The notes: generated by a model not told the origin, from the letters alone. A stretch of 64,000 nucleotides of DNA from an uncultured virus (IMG/VR IMGVR_UViG_3300022200_000036) (IMGVR_UViG_3300022200_000036), one strand, 5' to 3'. Positions 9,376 to 17,922 are shown, counted from the first letter of the stretch. Numbers and translations are program-made.

Positions 9376-9402
9376 CTACAGTTTTTGTTTCGAATTCAAC
9401 AC

Positions 9403-9594
9403 ATGAAACCCGAAGAGAAGGCAGCCATCAAGGCTGGCGCTACCACAGCATTGGTCACGACCGCCATTGCACTTCTGTTACCATCTCCTGCGGCATGGGC
9501 TGCTGCGCTCTATGGATCGTATAGGATGGCTAAGGGCGCGTACCAGAAAGCAAAGGAGGACCAAGCTCAGCAAGACTACTGGACCAACCACTAA
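9403..9594 (+). CDS. Small membrane protein
   Basis: Hydrophobic ALVTTAIALLLPSPAAWAAALYG. Confidence 0.6.
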   Translation: MKPEEKAAIKAGATTALVTTAIALLLPSPAAWAAALYGSYRMAKGAYQKAKEDQAQQDYWTNH

Positions 9595-9612
9595 TTCAAC
9601 TCAATCCCAACC

Positions 9613-10551
9613 ATGTCAACTCAACTCCAGACCGAACTCAACGCTGCGCAAGGTGCTATCTACACTCGTTCTAATCTTGGACGGGCGTTCCAAGATTTCG
9701 ATGACGCCGACATTGGTGGCATCTATTTGCGAAGCGATGATTGTATTGTGGTGCGTCGCGATGGTAGCGAGCAGGCTTACAATCGGGAGATGATCAAGGT
9801 TGCCTACACTAACTACACTAACCGTCTCAAAGATTTTTTCTCTTATCTTGGCCCTAACTATCGTGGCCCTAGTGTATGGCATAACAATGCTTATGTTATG
9901 TTTAAAGGCTGGAACTACTCCCATGCACTCGGACACCTCACATCAAATGCAAAACTTCAAGCTCACTGGGCTGACAAATTTATACATGTATCTGAACAAC
10001 AAAAGCTTGTCCACCTGCTCCAGTCCGATCAGACGGATCTTGGCCATCTGGTTGCACCGGACGGAATGCGGCTTCAGGATCGGCCCATTGATGTTGACAG
10101 CGACATGGAAGATGAACAAGCTCCTGTCATGGGTGAACCTTGGTGTTCGTGTGGGTCGTATCAGCGTCAGCTCAGCAACCTATCTGACTTTGAGGCCGAA
10201 ATCACAGGATTCAAACCCTGGTGCATCCACCTGAGCTGGTTCAACAAGTACCGTGAACTACTGTGCAAACGCACAGAAGCACGGAATGCTAGCCCCAGTG
10301 GTACACCTGAGAAATGTGTATCGTGGTGGTATGCCCCCCCTGCAGATCACATCAGCGATGGTCGCTTTGTACTTTTGTATACCAACCATGGGGCACAGGC
10401 TCCCTTGACTCATTGGCGTACTTACAAACCTAAGGAGATCTTTACGCAGCATGATGCGTGGGATTTGTTCTTTAACATGTGTGATGCAGGCTACGTACCA
10501 TTCCCTGGTATTGCCTTGCCACAACTGAAATCTGCTATCAAGAAGCAATGA
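9613..10551 (+). CDS. SWIM-type zinc finger protein
   Basis: CSCGSY...WCIH (CxC-xn-CxH). Confidence 0.7.
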   Translation: MSTQLQTELNAAQGAIYTRSNLGRAFQDFDDADIGGIYLRSDDCIVVRRDGSEQAYNREMIKVAYTNYTNRLKDFFSYLGPNYRGPSVWHNNAYVMFKGWNYSHALGHLTSNAKLQAHWADKFIHVSEQQKLVHLLQSDQTDLGHLVAPDGMRLQDRPIDVDSDMEDEQAPVMGEPWCSCGSYQRQLSNLSDFEAEITGFKPWCIHLSWFNKYRELLCKRTEARNASPSGTPEKCVSWWYAPPADHISDGRFVLLYTNHGAQAPLTHWRTYKPKEIFTQHDAWDLFFNMCDAGYVPFPGIALPQLKSAIKKQ

Positions 10552-10715
10552 GGCTTCCCAATGGAAAACATAAGTTGGACCTTGAAGTTGATGAAAACAC
10601 CTACTGGGAGCTTGTTAAATTAGGTGCAGAGATCCAAATGGATCATAAGTCCTATGTAGAAAACATCCTTATCGGCCATGTTGAAACCGAGCTCGATCGA
10701 AAAACTGAGGATTGA
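10548..10715 (+). CDS. Small hypothetical protein, ribbon-helix-helix-like; not in the ORF track
   Basis: ATGA-coupled to the upstream stop; MRLPNGKHKLDLEVDENTYWELVKLGAEIQMDHKSYVENILIGHVETELDRKTED. Confidence 0.55.
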   Translation: MRLPNGKHKLDLEVDENTYWELVKLGAEIQMDHKSYVENILIGHVETELDRKTED

Positions 10716-10869
10716 ATTCATCGAAGAAGACGATGGATCCGGTACCATCCACATCGAGTGGGACGAGAAAGATCCAGATCTTCAATGGTGGACTGACCTT
10801 GGTGAAGAAGGTCAAAAATCCTTTATGATCAAAGCGCTCACTGACGCAACTAAAGACTATGTCGATTGA
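10678..10869 (+). CDS. Hypothetical acidic protein
   Basis: 63-aa ORF. Confidence 0.6.
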   Translation: MLKPSSIEKLRIEFIEEDDGSGTIHIEWDEKDPDLQWWTDLGEEGQKSFMIKALTDATKDYVD

Positions 10870-11263
10870 CACCTACGGACTTCCCGCAGAACAGTACGAA
10901 GAGTTCTTTGAAGATAATGTCAGGTTTGCTGCTGAGCTTTACCTGCGTACTTGTAACATCCTGACTACCAAGGGTGTTGGGAATGTTGATTTCAAAACAG
11001 TCCTTGACATGTACCAAGAGTGCACCTATCAAACCAACGATGATTGTCGTCGGTATCAAAAAGCTAACAACCCCGAGGCAATCAAAGATGATGTGTTGTT
11101 TGAGCTGAGCCCTTCCAGGCAAGAGCTGCTTGAACGCGTGGAATCTCTTCATGCCAAGATCGAAGCACTCACCGATTACATCGGCAAGCTGACCGAGGTC
11201 GTAACAGATGGTCTAAACGGCGTCACCAATGCCCTCGGTACCGACCAAACCGTGGTAGACTGA
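10859..11263 (+). CDS. Hypothetical protein
   Basis: 134-aa ORF with a C-terminal coiled coil. Confidence 0.7.
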   Translation: MSIDTYGLPAEQYEEFFEDNVRFAAELYLRTCNILTTKGVGNVDFKTVLDMYQECTYQTNDDCRRYQKANNPEAIKDDVLFELSPSRQELLERVESLHAKIEALTDYIGKLTEVVTDGLNGVTNALGTDQTVVD

Positions 11264-11286
11264 TCGCGTCTTCCAAGGAACAAGAC

Positions 11287-11313
11287 CGTCCTGGTCATGA
11301 CGTAAAACTGACC
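11287..11313 (+). repeat. 27-nt pseudoknot-forming motif, copy 3
   Basis: CGTC-CT-GGTCA-T-GACG-TAAAAC-TGACC. Confidence 0.85.
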
Positions 11314-11333
11314 AACTACCTCAACTCCATACC

Positions 11334-11447
11334 ATGTTTGAATCCTTGTTTGCCGCCGTACTTCCGGTGATGAAAGATTTGTTGTGGGCAGCCGCCGGCA
11401 TGCTGCTGACCTATGCACTTAATAAGTACCAAGCTCACTTCAACTGA
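11334..11447 (+). CDS. 37-aa hydrophobic peptide; not in the ORF track
   Basis: MFESLFAAVLPVMKDLLWAAAGMLLTYALNKYQAHFN; starts 20 nt after motif copy 3, the same spacing as the other copies. Confidence 0.6.
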   Translation: MFESLFAAVLPVMKDLLWAAAGMLLTYALNKYQAHFN

Positions 11448-11455
11448 CTTGAACC

Positions 11456-12172
11456 ATGACAACTCAAATCACACAAGCTAAACTCAAAGATCTCAACATC
11501 ATCAAACTCTACGAACACTATGCTGCTCTCGAAAAGTCTCTGCCTCTTCTCACTCCTGAGTCCCAAGACCTGGCAAAAGCAGAGCTTGAAACTTGTGCCA
11601 ACCTACGGTCAGAAAAGATTGATCGTATTCATTACGCAATGGCTGCCCATGAGGACGCACTGGAGCGCATCAAGAAAGAAGGTGACCTCATCACCCAGGC
11701 CAAGCGGCATCACGAGTCGCAGCTCAAGTCACTCAAAGGTCTGTTAAATTACTTACGTCGGGTCCTTCCACTGGATTCGAACAAGATCACAGGTCGTAAC
11801 TACCAGTTCACCCTTGTCAAGAAAAAAGACCTTACCGTCGAGATCACCTCGGACCCGGAGTTTTGGCACACTGAAGAAAGACGACGTTATTGCATTGAAG
11901 AAACTGTCACCACAACCAAGCAAGTTGTGTTACGTTCAATGTCAGGAGAAGTTCTGTCCGACAGAACTGAACCCAAAACAACCACTAAAGTCCTCCCTAA
12001 CCTCGATGCCATACGCAGCGCCTATCAAGAAGGCCAACAACTCCCAGCAGGAGTCAAGGTCATCCAAGAATATTCCGTCCGCACCAAACGAATCTTCGGA
12101 GAACCACGAATGGAAATGGCGCCATCCGAATATCCAGGACAGCTTCTACCAAAAGATTCCAGCGCCGACTAA
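11456..12172 (+). CDS. Siphovirus Gp157-family (Gam-like) protein
   Basis: EKID......L..IK.E...I..AK.....LK.L...; C-terminal PNLDAIRSAYQEGQQLPAGV. Confidence 0.75.
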   Translation: MTTQITQAKLKDLNIIKLYEHYAALEKSLPLLTPESQDLAKAELETCANLRSEKIDRIHYAMAAHEDALERIKKEGDLITQAKRHHESQLKSLKGLLNYLRRVLPLDSNKITGRNYQFTLVKKKDLTVEITSDPEFWHTEERRRYCIEETVTTTKQVVLRSMSGEVLSDRTEPKTTTKVLPNLDAIRSAYQEGQQLPAGVKVIQEYSVRTKRIFGEPRMEMAPSEYPGQLLPKDSSAD

Positions 12173-12194
12173 TAGTGATGACGCTCGTATCAAG

Positions 12195-12419
12195 ATGAAC
12201 TGTCATGAACATGCCCTCAAAGACTTTGATCTTCAGCTGGAGATGAATGGTATACAGATGGACATGATGATGGATGGAAACCAGGTTTGTTCGTACAAAA
12301 TTAATGAGTACGATGATTTGGAAGAAAAGAAGTTGAAGTTACTTCTTGGTAAACGCTTCCATCAAAACGCTGCTAATGCCTATTGGTATTATCTACAACG
12401 TGAAAAGGCAGCTAAGTAA
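12195..12419 (+). CDS. Hypothetical protein (start uncertain)
   Basis: 3' part of ORF 11814..12419. Confidence 0.5.
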   Translation: MNCHEHALKDFDLQLEMNGIQMDMMMDGNQVCSYKINEYDDLEEKKLKLLLGKRFHQNAANAYWYYLQREKAAK

Positions 12420-12455
12420 ATGCTAGTACAATAGAAGTATTAGCACAGGAGTTCC

Positions 12456-12719
12456 ATGGGTGGTGACGCAGCCTTAAATAAGTTGATTGCTGGGTTCACC
12501 AACGATGGGACTCCTCTTTCTGCAACAATTGGTTCCAAGATGGAACATGGTGTTGTCATCTTGACAGCAGCCATGCTTGCTAATGAAAACCTTGCAGCAT
12601 CTATGGATCCTGTTGAAATGGTTGATGGCGCCATCTCGTATTACAACATCATCCAAGAACGTCTTGGTTACTACCAGCAAAACCAAACAAGTTCTTTAGA
12701 ACGCATGCTTAAGAACTGA
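12456..12719 (+). CDS. Hypothetical protein
   Basis: AGGAG SD and an upstream TACAAT -10. Confidence 0.7.
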   Translation: MGGDAALNKLIAGFTNDGTPLSATIGSKMEHGVVILTAAMLANENLAASMDPVEMVDGAISYYNIIQERLGYYQQNQTSSLERMLKN

Positions 12720-12754
12720 TTGCTGCTAAGGTAATCAAGTCATTACACACAACG

Positions 12755-12949
12755 ATGGACACAGTTGCCGTCCCAAAGCTCACCTTGTCTTTTGAGGTGG
12801 AGATTCAAATTGAACACAACTCGTTCTCTGGTAAAACACCAGAGGACATTGCCGATTCTCTCCAGGATGAAATCCACGATATGATTTTTGAACTGAGTCA
12901 GGTTACTGGTGTAACATCTTCCCTCACTGGCATCGCATCCTACGACTGA
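12755..12949 (+). CDS. Hypothetical protein
   Basis: 64-aa ORF. Confidence 0.6.
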   Translation: MDTVAVPKLTLSFEVEIQIEHNSFSGKTPEDIADSLQDEIHDMIFELSQVTGVTSSLTGIASYD

Positions 12950-12950
12950 C

Positions 12951-13202
12951 ATGATGAACACTGACTACCTTGCTGGCTGGGACGTAGCAGCTGAGCAACG
13001 TAAAGCAGACTTCATAGAGCACTTGTACAAGTGCTCTGGGCGGGAGGATGCACCTCCTGGCATCAAAGGCACATACACTGGTCTGTGGCATGACTTCTGC
13101 ATTCGAGAAGCAGGTCCTATCATGCGTGATCGCTACTTTGAAATGATGGAAGCCGTCCGTCTGTACGAAGAAGGCAAGCTGCAACCTGTTGCTATGTCTT
13201 AA
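12951..13202 (+). CDS. Hypothetical protein
   Basis: 83-aa ORF (LY..SGR....YTGLW). Confidence 0.65.
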   Translation: MMNTDYLAGWDVAAEQRKADFIEHLYKCSGREDAPPGIKGTYTGLWHDFCIREAGPIMRDRYFEMMEAVRLYEEGKLQPVAMS

Positions 13203-13230
13203 GGTTTACACTGAACACCCTTCTGTCATT

Positions 13231-13260
13231 GGACGTGCCACACTAGTGGTACGTCCTTTT
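13231..13260 (+). terminator. Intrinsic terminator-like hairpin
   Basis: GGACGTGCCAC-ACTA-GTGGTACGTCC-TTTT. Confidence 0.6.
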
Positions 13261-13267
13261 AACTGCA

Positions 13268-13615
13268 ATGGACATTAACGAAAAGCCAATGGAAACCATT
13301 GATCAGTGGCAAGAATGGTACCGCAATTCAAAAGTGGTAGCAGAGATGGATGAGCCTCTTGTCAACAAGGATTCACGTGAGGTGTTGCATGATACGCAAC
13401 ACGCAACAAATTCGTATGTACTAGCTGCAAAAGACTACTGGATGAAGAAAGCGCAAGAGCATTTCGCAGATACCATCTGTGACTTTACCAACGAACTTAC
13501 AGGACAAGATCTATATAAAGCCTTTTATGCTGCTGCAAAAGAAAATTTAAATATCGCAGCAAAAGAATATGCCAAAGCTAAAAGCCTTGTTGATTGTCTT
13601 AAAGGTTTAAACTGA
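13268..13615 (+). CDS. Hypothetical protein
   Basis: 115-aa ORF. Confidence 0.65.
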   Translation: MDINEKPMETIDQWQEWYRNSKVVAEMDEPLVNKDSREVLHDTQHATNSYVLAAKDYWMKKAQEHFADTICDFTNELTGQDLYKAFYAAAKENLNIAAKEYAKAKSLVDCLKGLN

Positions 13616-13869
13616 TGTCACGCTCTAAAGATCCTGAGTACCCCAAGTGGATTTGTGATACCTGTGGCCAAGACTATGGCACGTGGTACAAGAAAGGTAC
13701 ATACGTTGGTCCACCACATCACTACGCCACTTATCACCAGGGGACTTGTAATGTGTGCGGTGCAACAGAAGTTCCGGTGACTGAACCTCGTGATTACGGT
13801 CATTTACGTGCCAAGTGGCGAGAAGAGTATGTCAGAAGGCAGAACAAAACTGCGTGCGATAATAAATAA
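13615..13869 (+). CDS. Small zinc-finger protein
   Basis: WICDTCG...H.G.CNVCG...VTEPRDYGHL. Confidence 0.65.
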   Translation: MSRSKDPEYPKWICDTCGQDYGTWYKKGTYVGPPHHYATYHQGTCNVCGATEVPVTEPRDYGHLRAKWREEYVRRQNKTACDNK

Positions 13870-13885
13870 AACCAACAATAAAGCA

Positions 13886-15205
13886 ATGCCTGTTTATAGA
13901 GAATCAGGTGGAAGTATCCTGTATGACGTTGTAAAAGTACAGACCTGCAGTGGTCAACCACTGGAAGTAACAACAACCACCACAAAACCTGTACAAATTA
14001 CAACTGCAGGCACGCCTGCAAGTGATGCCTTTGGTCGTGCACGTGTATCCGCACCACTTACATTATTTGATTCTAGTCACCGCTATAACGATAATGAATT
14101 ATGGGCAACCGCAACTGGTGTCTCCTCTGATGCAACATTCAATAGTGATGAAGGCTTAGTTGATCTAAATGTACCAACGACTTCAGGTGGTTACGTAATC
14201 AGAGAAACTAAAAAAGTCTTTTCGTACCAACCAGGTAAATCTTTGTTGGTATTAAATACTTTTGCAATGAATCCTGCACAAGATAATCTAAGACAGAGAG
14301 TCGGCTACTTCAATGATGCCAATGGTATCTATGTAGAACTAAACGATTCAGTGCTTAGCTTTGTTGAGCGCAGCTCTGTGATAGGTACAACAACTGAAAC
14401 AAAAGTATCCCAAAACGATTGGAATATAGACCCAATGGATGGTACTGGGCCATCTGGTTTGACACTTGATATCAGTAAAGCTCAAATCTTCTGGATGGAT
14501 ATTGAATGGCTAGGTTTAGGTACTGTGCGGCTTGGTTTTGTTATTGATGGTGTCTTTGTTCATTGCCATTCATCCCACCATGCAAATAAAATTGCATCAA
14601 CATACATTACAACAGCTACGCTTCCATTGAGGTATGAAATCACTAACCTAGATACTACCGCTTCTGTTAGTACATTAAAACAGGTTTGTTCAACGGTCAT
14701 CTCTGAAGGTGGCTATGAATTGCGTGGCGATCAACTTGGTGTTGGTACCCCTGTAAATGCAGCAAGAGACTTGACAGCCACTGGCATTCCTTATCCAATT
14801 GTTTCTATTCGTCTTAAATCATCCCCTGATCGTTTAGATGCAGTTGTTATCCCAACAGCAACAAGTATCCTAGGTATCGGTAATAATGCAATCTTTGAAT
14901 GGGCTCTTAAAAGAGGAGGTACAATTTCTGGCGGTACCTGGACCAGTGCAGGTACTAACTCTGCGGTTGAATACAACCTAAGTGGTGTCACACTTAGCGG
15001 TGCCACAACGCTTGCTAAAGGCTATATCTCATCCACAGCTCAAAGCACAGCACCATTAAACATATTAAAAGAAGCTTTGTTTAATTTCCAGTTAAGACGG
15101 GACGGCTTAACTGGTACACCAGAAAACTTTACGTTAACTCTACAAACAAAAGTTGCAGGTGACGATGTATATGCTGCGTTAGACTGGGAGGAGATAAGTC
15201 GTTGA
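13886..15205 (+). CDS. Beta-rich putative virion structural protein
   Basis: DAFGR.RVS.P.TLFDS...YQPGKS...WLG.G.VR.GF...LPLRYEI...W.EI is a widespread phage structural-protein pattern. Confidence 0.7.
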   Translation: MPVYRESGGSILYDVVKVQTCSGQPLEVTTTTTKPVQITTAGTPASDAFGRARVSAPLTLFDSSHRYNDNELWATATGVSSDATFNSDEGLVDLNVPTTSGGYVIRETKKVFSYQPGKSLLVLNTFAMNPAQDNLRQRVGYFNDANGIYVELNDSVLSFVERSSVIGTTTETKVSQNDWNIDPMDGTGPSGLTLDISKAQIFWMDIEWLGLGTVRLGFVIDGVFVHCHSSHHANKIASTYITTATLPLRYEITNLDTTASVSTLKQVCSTVISEGGYELRGDQLGVGTPVNAARDLTATGIPYPIVSIRLKSSPDRLDAVVIPTATSILGIGNNAIFEWALKRGGTISGGTWTSAGTNSAVEYNLSGVTLSGATTLAKGYISSTAQSTAPLNILKEALFNFQLRRDGLTGTPENFTLTLQTKVAGDDVYAALDWEEISR

Positions 15206-15231
15206 TAGGCTAAAACGATTGATTGAAAACT

Positions 15232-15786
15232 ATGTATACCCCTGGTCCCGAAGCGCCGAAATTGCAGCAACCCCTCACACTTGAAGTGGTGCCACAACCA
15301 CAGGCAAAACCCAAAGCACCTGGCAAGTCCAAGGGTAATAACAATGTTGGTAGCTTCATCCAACAGCTAATTAGCTTGATGGCATATGTCCATCAGCTCC
15401 AGGTCCAATCTCATCTCCTGCATTTCAATTATGAGTGCTCAAACTTTTTGAGTGTTCATAAATTCCTTGGCAAGCAATACGAAGCACATCAAGATCAATT
15501 CGATAAAATCGGTGAGTTTGTCCGTTCCATGGACTACTTACTTCCGATGTGTCATAACGGTTTGATGGACGCAAGCCCAGAGTTCAAGCACTGCACCAGC
15601 TATAAACCACAAGAGATGCTCGGCACCTACTACAAAAACCTTGAGGAGCTTGGCATGAAAGCTAAAAAGCTGGAGCCTGTTGCTGCCAAGGTAGGTGCTG
15701 TAGACATCCAGAACTACATGGCTGAGCTTGTTGGTGAAGCCTTCAAAGCAGCATGGTTTATTAAGGCAACGCTACGCAATGGTTAA
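15232..15786 (+). CDS. Dps/ferritin-like protein
   Basis: SHLLHFNY...FLSVHKFL...Y.....DKIGE resembles the Dps ferroxidase motif; Pro/Lys-rich N-terminal tail. Confidence 0.75.
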   Translation: MYTPGPEAPKLQQPLTLEVVPQPQAKPKAPGKSKGNNNVGSFIQQLISLMAYVHQLQVQSHLLHFNYECSNFLSVHKFLGKQYEAHQDQFDKIGEFVRSMDYLLPMCHNGLMDASPEFKHCTSYKPQEMLGTYYKNLEELGMKAKKLEPVAAKVGAVDIQNYMAELVGEAFKAAWFIKATLRNG

Positions 15787-15844
15787 TTCTAAACATGTGG
15801 CAACAAATACTACGCGGTAAAATACCTTATACAAGGTAAAGCAA

Positions 15845-16534
15845 ATGGCTGATCCTTCCTTATTTCAGGCGTACATGAATAGCAGAGGTTTAAAAAATCC
15901 TGCATTTAATTTTGTGCCCGGCGTTGGTTTTCAACCAACAGAACAAATTAACCAAATCGTAAATGCTTTTAAACAAAAGTCTGGTAAGCAGTATTCAGTT
16001 GAGCCAGCAAATTCTGTAATGGCAATTGGTGGTGAACCCATGTGGGGTACTGGTGGTGGTGTTGTATATGACAACAATCAATCAATAGGTTTTGTTGATC
16101 CTCTTCAGGGAACAGCTCACGTGGTTGCCCATGAATCTGCGCATAGTCTTTTCCCCTCTAATCTAAGAGAGTTTCAAAAAAGAAAAATAAACGCAGGCGC
16201 TCAGTTTATAGATCCTTTATCCGTACCACGTGATACCGGACAAAGATTACGTTATGTCCATGAAACATTTGCTAAACCTATCTTAGAAGAAGAAGCAAGA
16301 GCGCAAGGTGTAGCTTACGGTCTCTTAAATAAACTTGATATTCCTTCAGAAGAAGCTTGGGAAACACCAATTGATTACCCAAGGACATACTTAAAAGAAG
16401 GTCTTGGTAGATACATGGATACTGAAATTGGACCTCCTTCCCCAGGAGAAAGGAAAGAAGCGCAAACAATCCTAAAAGGAATCGATCCTTATCTACAAAG
16501 AATGTTCAACCAAGGATATCAAGTCTTTAATTAG
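15845..16534 (+). CDS. Hypothetical protein with a zincin HExxH motif
   Basis: VVAHESAH with a downstream EEEARA. Confidence 0.6.
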   Translation: MADPSLFQAYMNSRGLKNPAFNFVPGVGFQPTEQINQIVNAFKQKSGKQYSVEPANSVMAIGGEPMWGTGGGVVYDNNQSIGFVDPLQGTAHVVAHESAHSLFPSNLREFQKRKINAGAQFIDPLSVPRDTGQRLRYVHETFAKPILEEEARAQGVAYGLLNKLDIPSEEAWETPIDYPRTYLKEGLGRYMDTEIGPPSPGERKEAQTILKGIDPYLQRMFNQGYQVFN

Positions 16535-16781
16535 ACCAGTGTTCAAGCCTGTGGCAATTACAACAAAGCGGAATGCATTTCTCAATTTCTGCTTCTACTC
16601 TGCTCCAGGAGTAGCCGTGGTTCACCATGGATGAGATGTTATTGTCCTTATCACCTATATGGTGGAACTCAAGGACACGGTGATCATCCAACCCACACTT
16701 CTCGCACTGCAAAGTCTTCTTGTACTCCAGGAGCTTTTGTCGATTCTTATCGATACGTTTTTTGGCGTCAGCCCAGGCCAC
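16527..16781 (-). CDS. Small HNH endonuclease
   Basis: CEKCG...LEFHH...EIEKC..LCCNCHRLEH. Confidence 0.85.
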   Translation of the reverse strand: MAWADAKKRIDKNRQKLLEYKKTLQCEKCGLDDHRVLEFHHIGDKDNNISSMVNHGYSWSRVEAEIEKCIPLCCNCHRLEHWSN

Positions 16782-16855
16782 GTATAGTTTTTGTGCACAC
16801 GTAAATATAATTTATCAGGATTTCCAATAAACGCAATTTATTAAGATTCTCGATA

Positions 16856-16929
16856 TCGGAGATGCAGGATTTGAACCTGCGACCCATTGCTCCCAAAGCA
16901 ATTGCGCTACCAAGCTGCGCTAATCCCCG
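16856..16929 (-). tRNA. trnP: tRNA-Pro(UGG), no encoded CCA
   Basis: CGGGGAT/ATCTCCG acceptor; GCGCAGCTTGGTAGCGC D arm; TTGCT-TT-TGG-GA-GCAA anticodon arm; GCAGG-TTCAAAT-CCTGC T arm. Confidence 0.95.
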
Positions 16930-16932
16930 GTG

Positions 16933-17035
16933 TTAAGGGCGAGGATGTCCACCTACGATGCCTTTTGACTTCGGCCTCTACGATGTGGCTGAGGGGATCC
17001 TTCGTTTAATACAACGTTCCTTGTTGCACCCTTAA
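16933..17035 (-). ncRNA. Candidate structured RNA immediately 5' of tRNA-Pro
   Basis: 9-bp closing stem TTAAGGGTG/CGCCCTTAA; internal stems TGCAAC/GTTGTA and AGGAT/ATCCT; crossing CCTC/GAGG and CCAC/GTGG; CATCGTAG occurs twice. Confidence 0.55.
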
Positions 17036-17036
17036 T

Positions 17037-17249
17037 GAGTGACCCCTCTGTTTGAGCATCATTGATAACTGGTGAAGATGCCTGCAAGCCTGTGCGCACA
17101 GTGTAAAGCCGTCCTCGTTATCAAGCTAAGCTTGAGGGGTGTTGTTGATGGCCCAAACGTGACCAGCCTCAAGGACTGGACAGAGGCTTGGGCTCTATAC
17201 CCAAATCAGCTAGTACAGATGCTTGGATCAAGCAACCCCCACTGATTGG
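17037..17249 (-). ncRNA. manA-like structured RNA
   Basis: Stems GCCCAA/TTGGGC, crossing CCTC/GAGG and CCAG/CTGG, ACCCCTC/GAGGGGT, TTGATAAC/GTTATCAA, 3' GGTCACTC; tRNA-adjacent as known for cyanophage manA RNAs. Family assignment is from recall only. Confidence 0.55.
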
Positions 17250-17312
17250 ACCATACCGACAGAGCAGTATGGGTGGTTGGGTGCCCCATCAAAAGAGAGG
17301 GGGAACATATTG

Positions 17313-17340
17313 AGTATAACAAAAAACCCCGGTGTATCAA
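17313..17340 (-). promoter_or_regulatory. Sigma70-type promoter for the ncRNA/tRNA-Pro unit, embedded in a terminator
   Basis: TTGATA-N16-TATACT with TGn extended -10. Confidence 0.6.
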
Positions 17341-17350
17341 GCCGGGGTTG
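17321..17350 (-). terminator. Intrinsic terminator
   Basis: AACCCCGG-cttgataca-CCGGGGTT followed by a T run. Confidence 0.75.
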
Positions 17351-17473
17351 TGTTCCTTCCTGCTCAAACGTTAGTCCTTCGGTTCTAAGCCGTGAGTTAC
17401 GTACGTTACTTGAAGGAGTAGTTCGACTATTTACTCCAGGGCGGTATTGCCCCACGTCAGTATATCAAGACAA

Positions 17474-17677
17474 TTAAGAACCTGAGCGGTATCGACGGGC
17501 TGCTCGACCGGCTTTCTTTGCTTTTTCTGTGTTCGGAATAAACTGTTTACCTTGGCGGCTACCAGCTCTTTTCTTTTGATCCGTCTCCTCACGTTCTTCT
17601 TTAGACAGTGAAGCCCAGGCCTTCTCTGGCAAGTAACGCTTGGTGTAACCCTTTTGAATTGCTTTGTCACTCGACAT
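17474..17677 (-). CDS. DUF5872-like protein, C-terminal half
   Basis: RYLPEKAWASLS.EE...TDQKKR.GSR.GKQF..NT..AK. Confidence 0.65.
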   Translation of the reverse strand: MSSDKAIQKGYTKRYLPEKAWASLSKEEREETDQKKRAGSRQGKQFIPNTEKAKKAGRAARRYRSGS

Positions 17678-17680
17678 TAT

Positions 17681-17920
17681 TTAAAATTCTTCCCAATCAA
17701 TTACTACAGTTTCATCAAGTTGTTTAATAGTAGTGTAAGGCATTGGATTTTTTGGTCCTGCCATTTCAGCGTGAACTATCTCAAACAAATCTTCAAAAGC
17801 ACAAAACTCAACCGATTCTTGATCCGGATCCTGTTCCCAATCAGAAAACCGTTCAGTTGTAGGAATAAATTCAAGAGTTCGAGTATAAGTTACTATTACT
17901 GGTTTGAGGGGAATTTTCAT
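17681..17920 (-). CDS. Hypothetical acidic protein
   Basis: 79-aa ORF. Confidence 0.6.
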   Translation of the reverse strand: MKIPLKPVIVTYTRTLEFIPTTERFSDWEQDPDQESVEFCAFEDLFEIVHAEMAGPKNPMPYTTIKQLDETVVIDWEEF

Positions 17921-17922
17921 GA

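Noticed and set aside
6638..11313. Repeats as a CRISPR array
   Set aside because: Copies are kilobases apart with genes between them; there is no repeat-spacer periodicity anywhere in the window.
11814..12194. Long overlap of ORF 11814..12419 with Gp157
   Set aside because: The upstream part reads as off-frame text; the true start is probably much later.
17223..17477. ORFs 17223..17477 (+) and 17228..17455 (-)
   Set aside because: They cross a terminator, promoter and RNA stems, and have no protein-like features.
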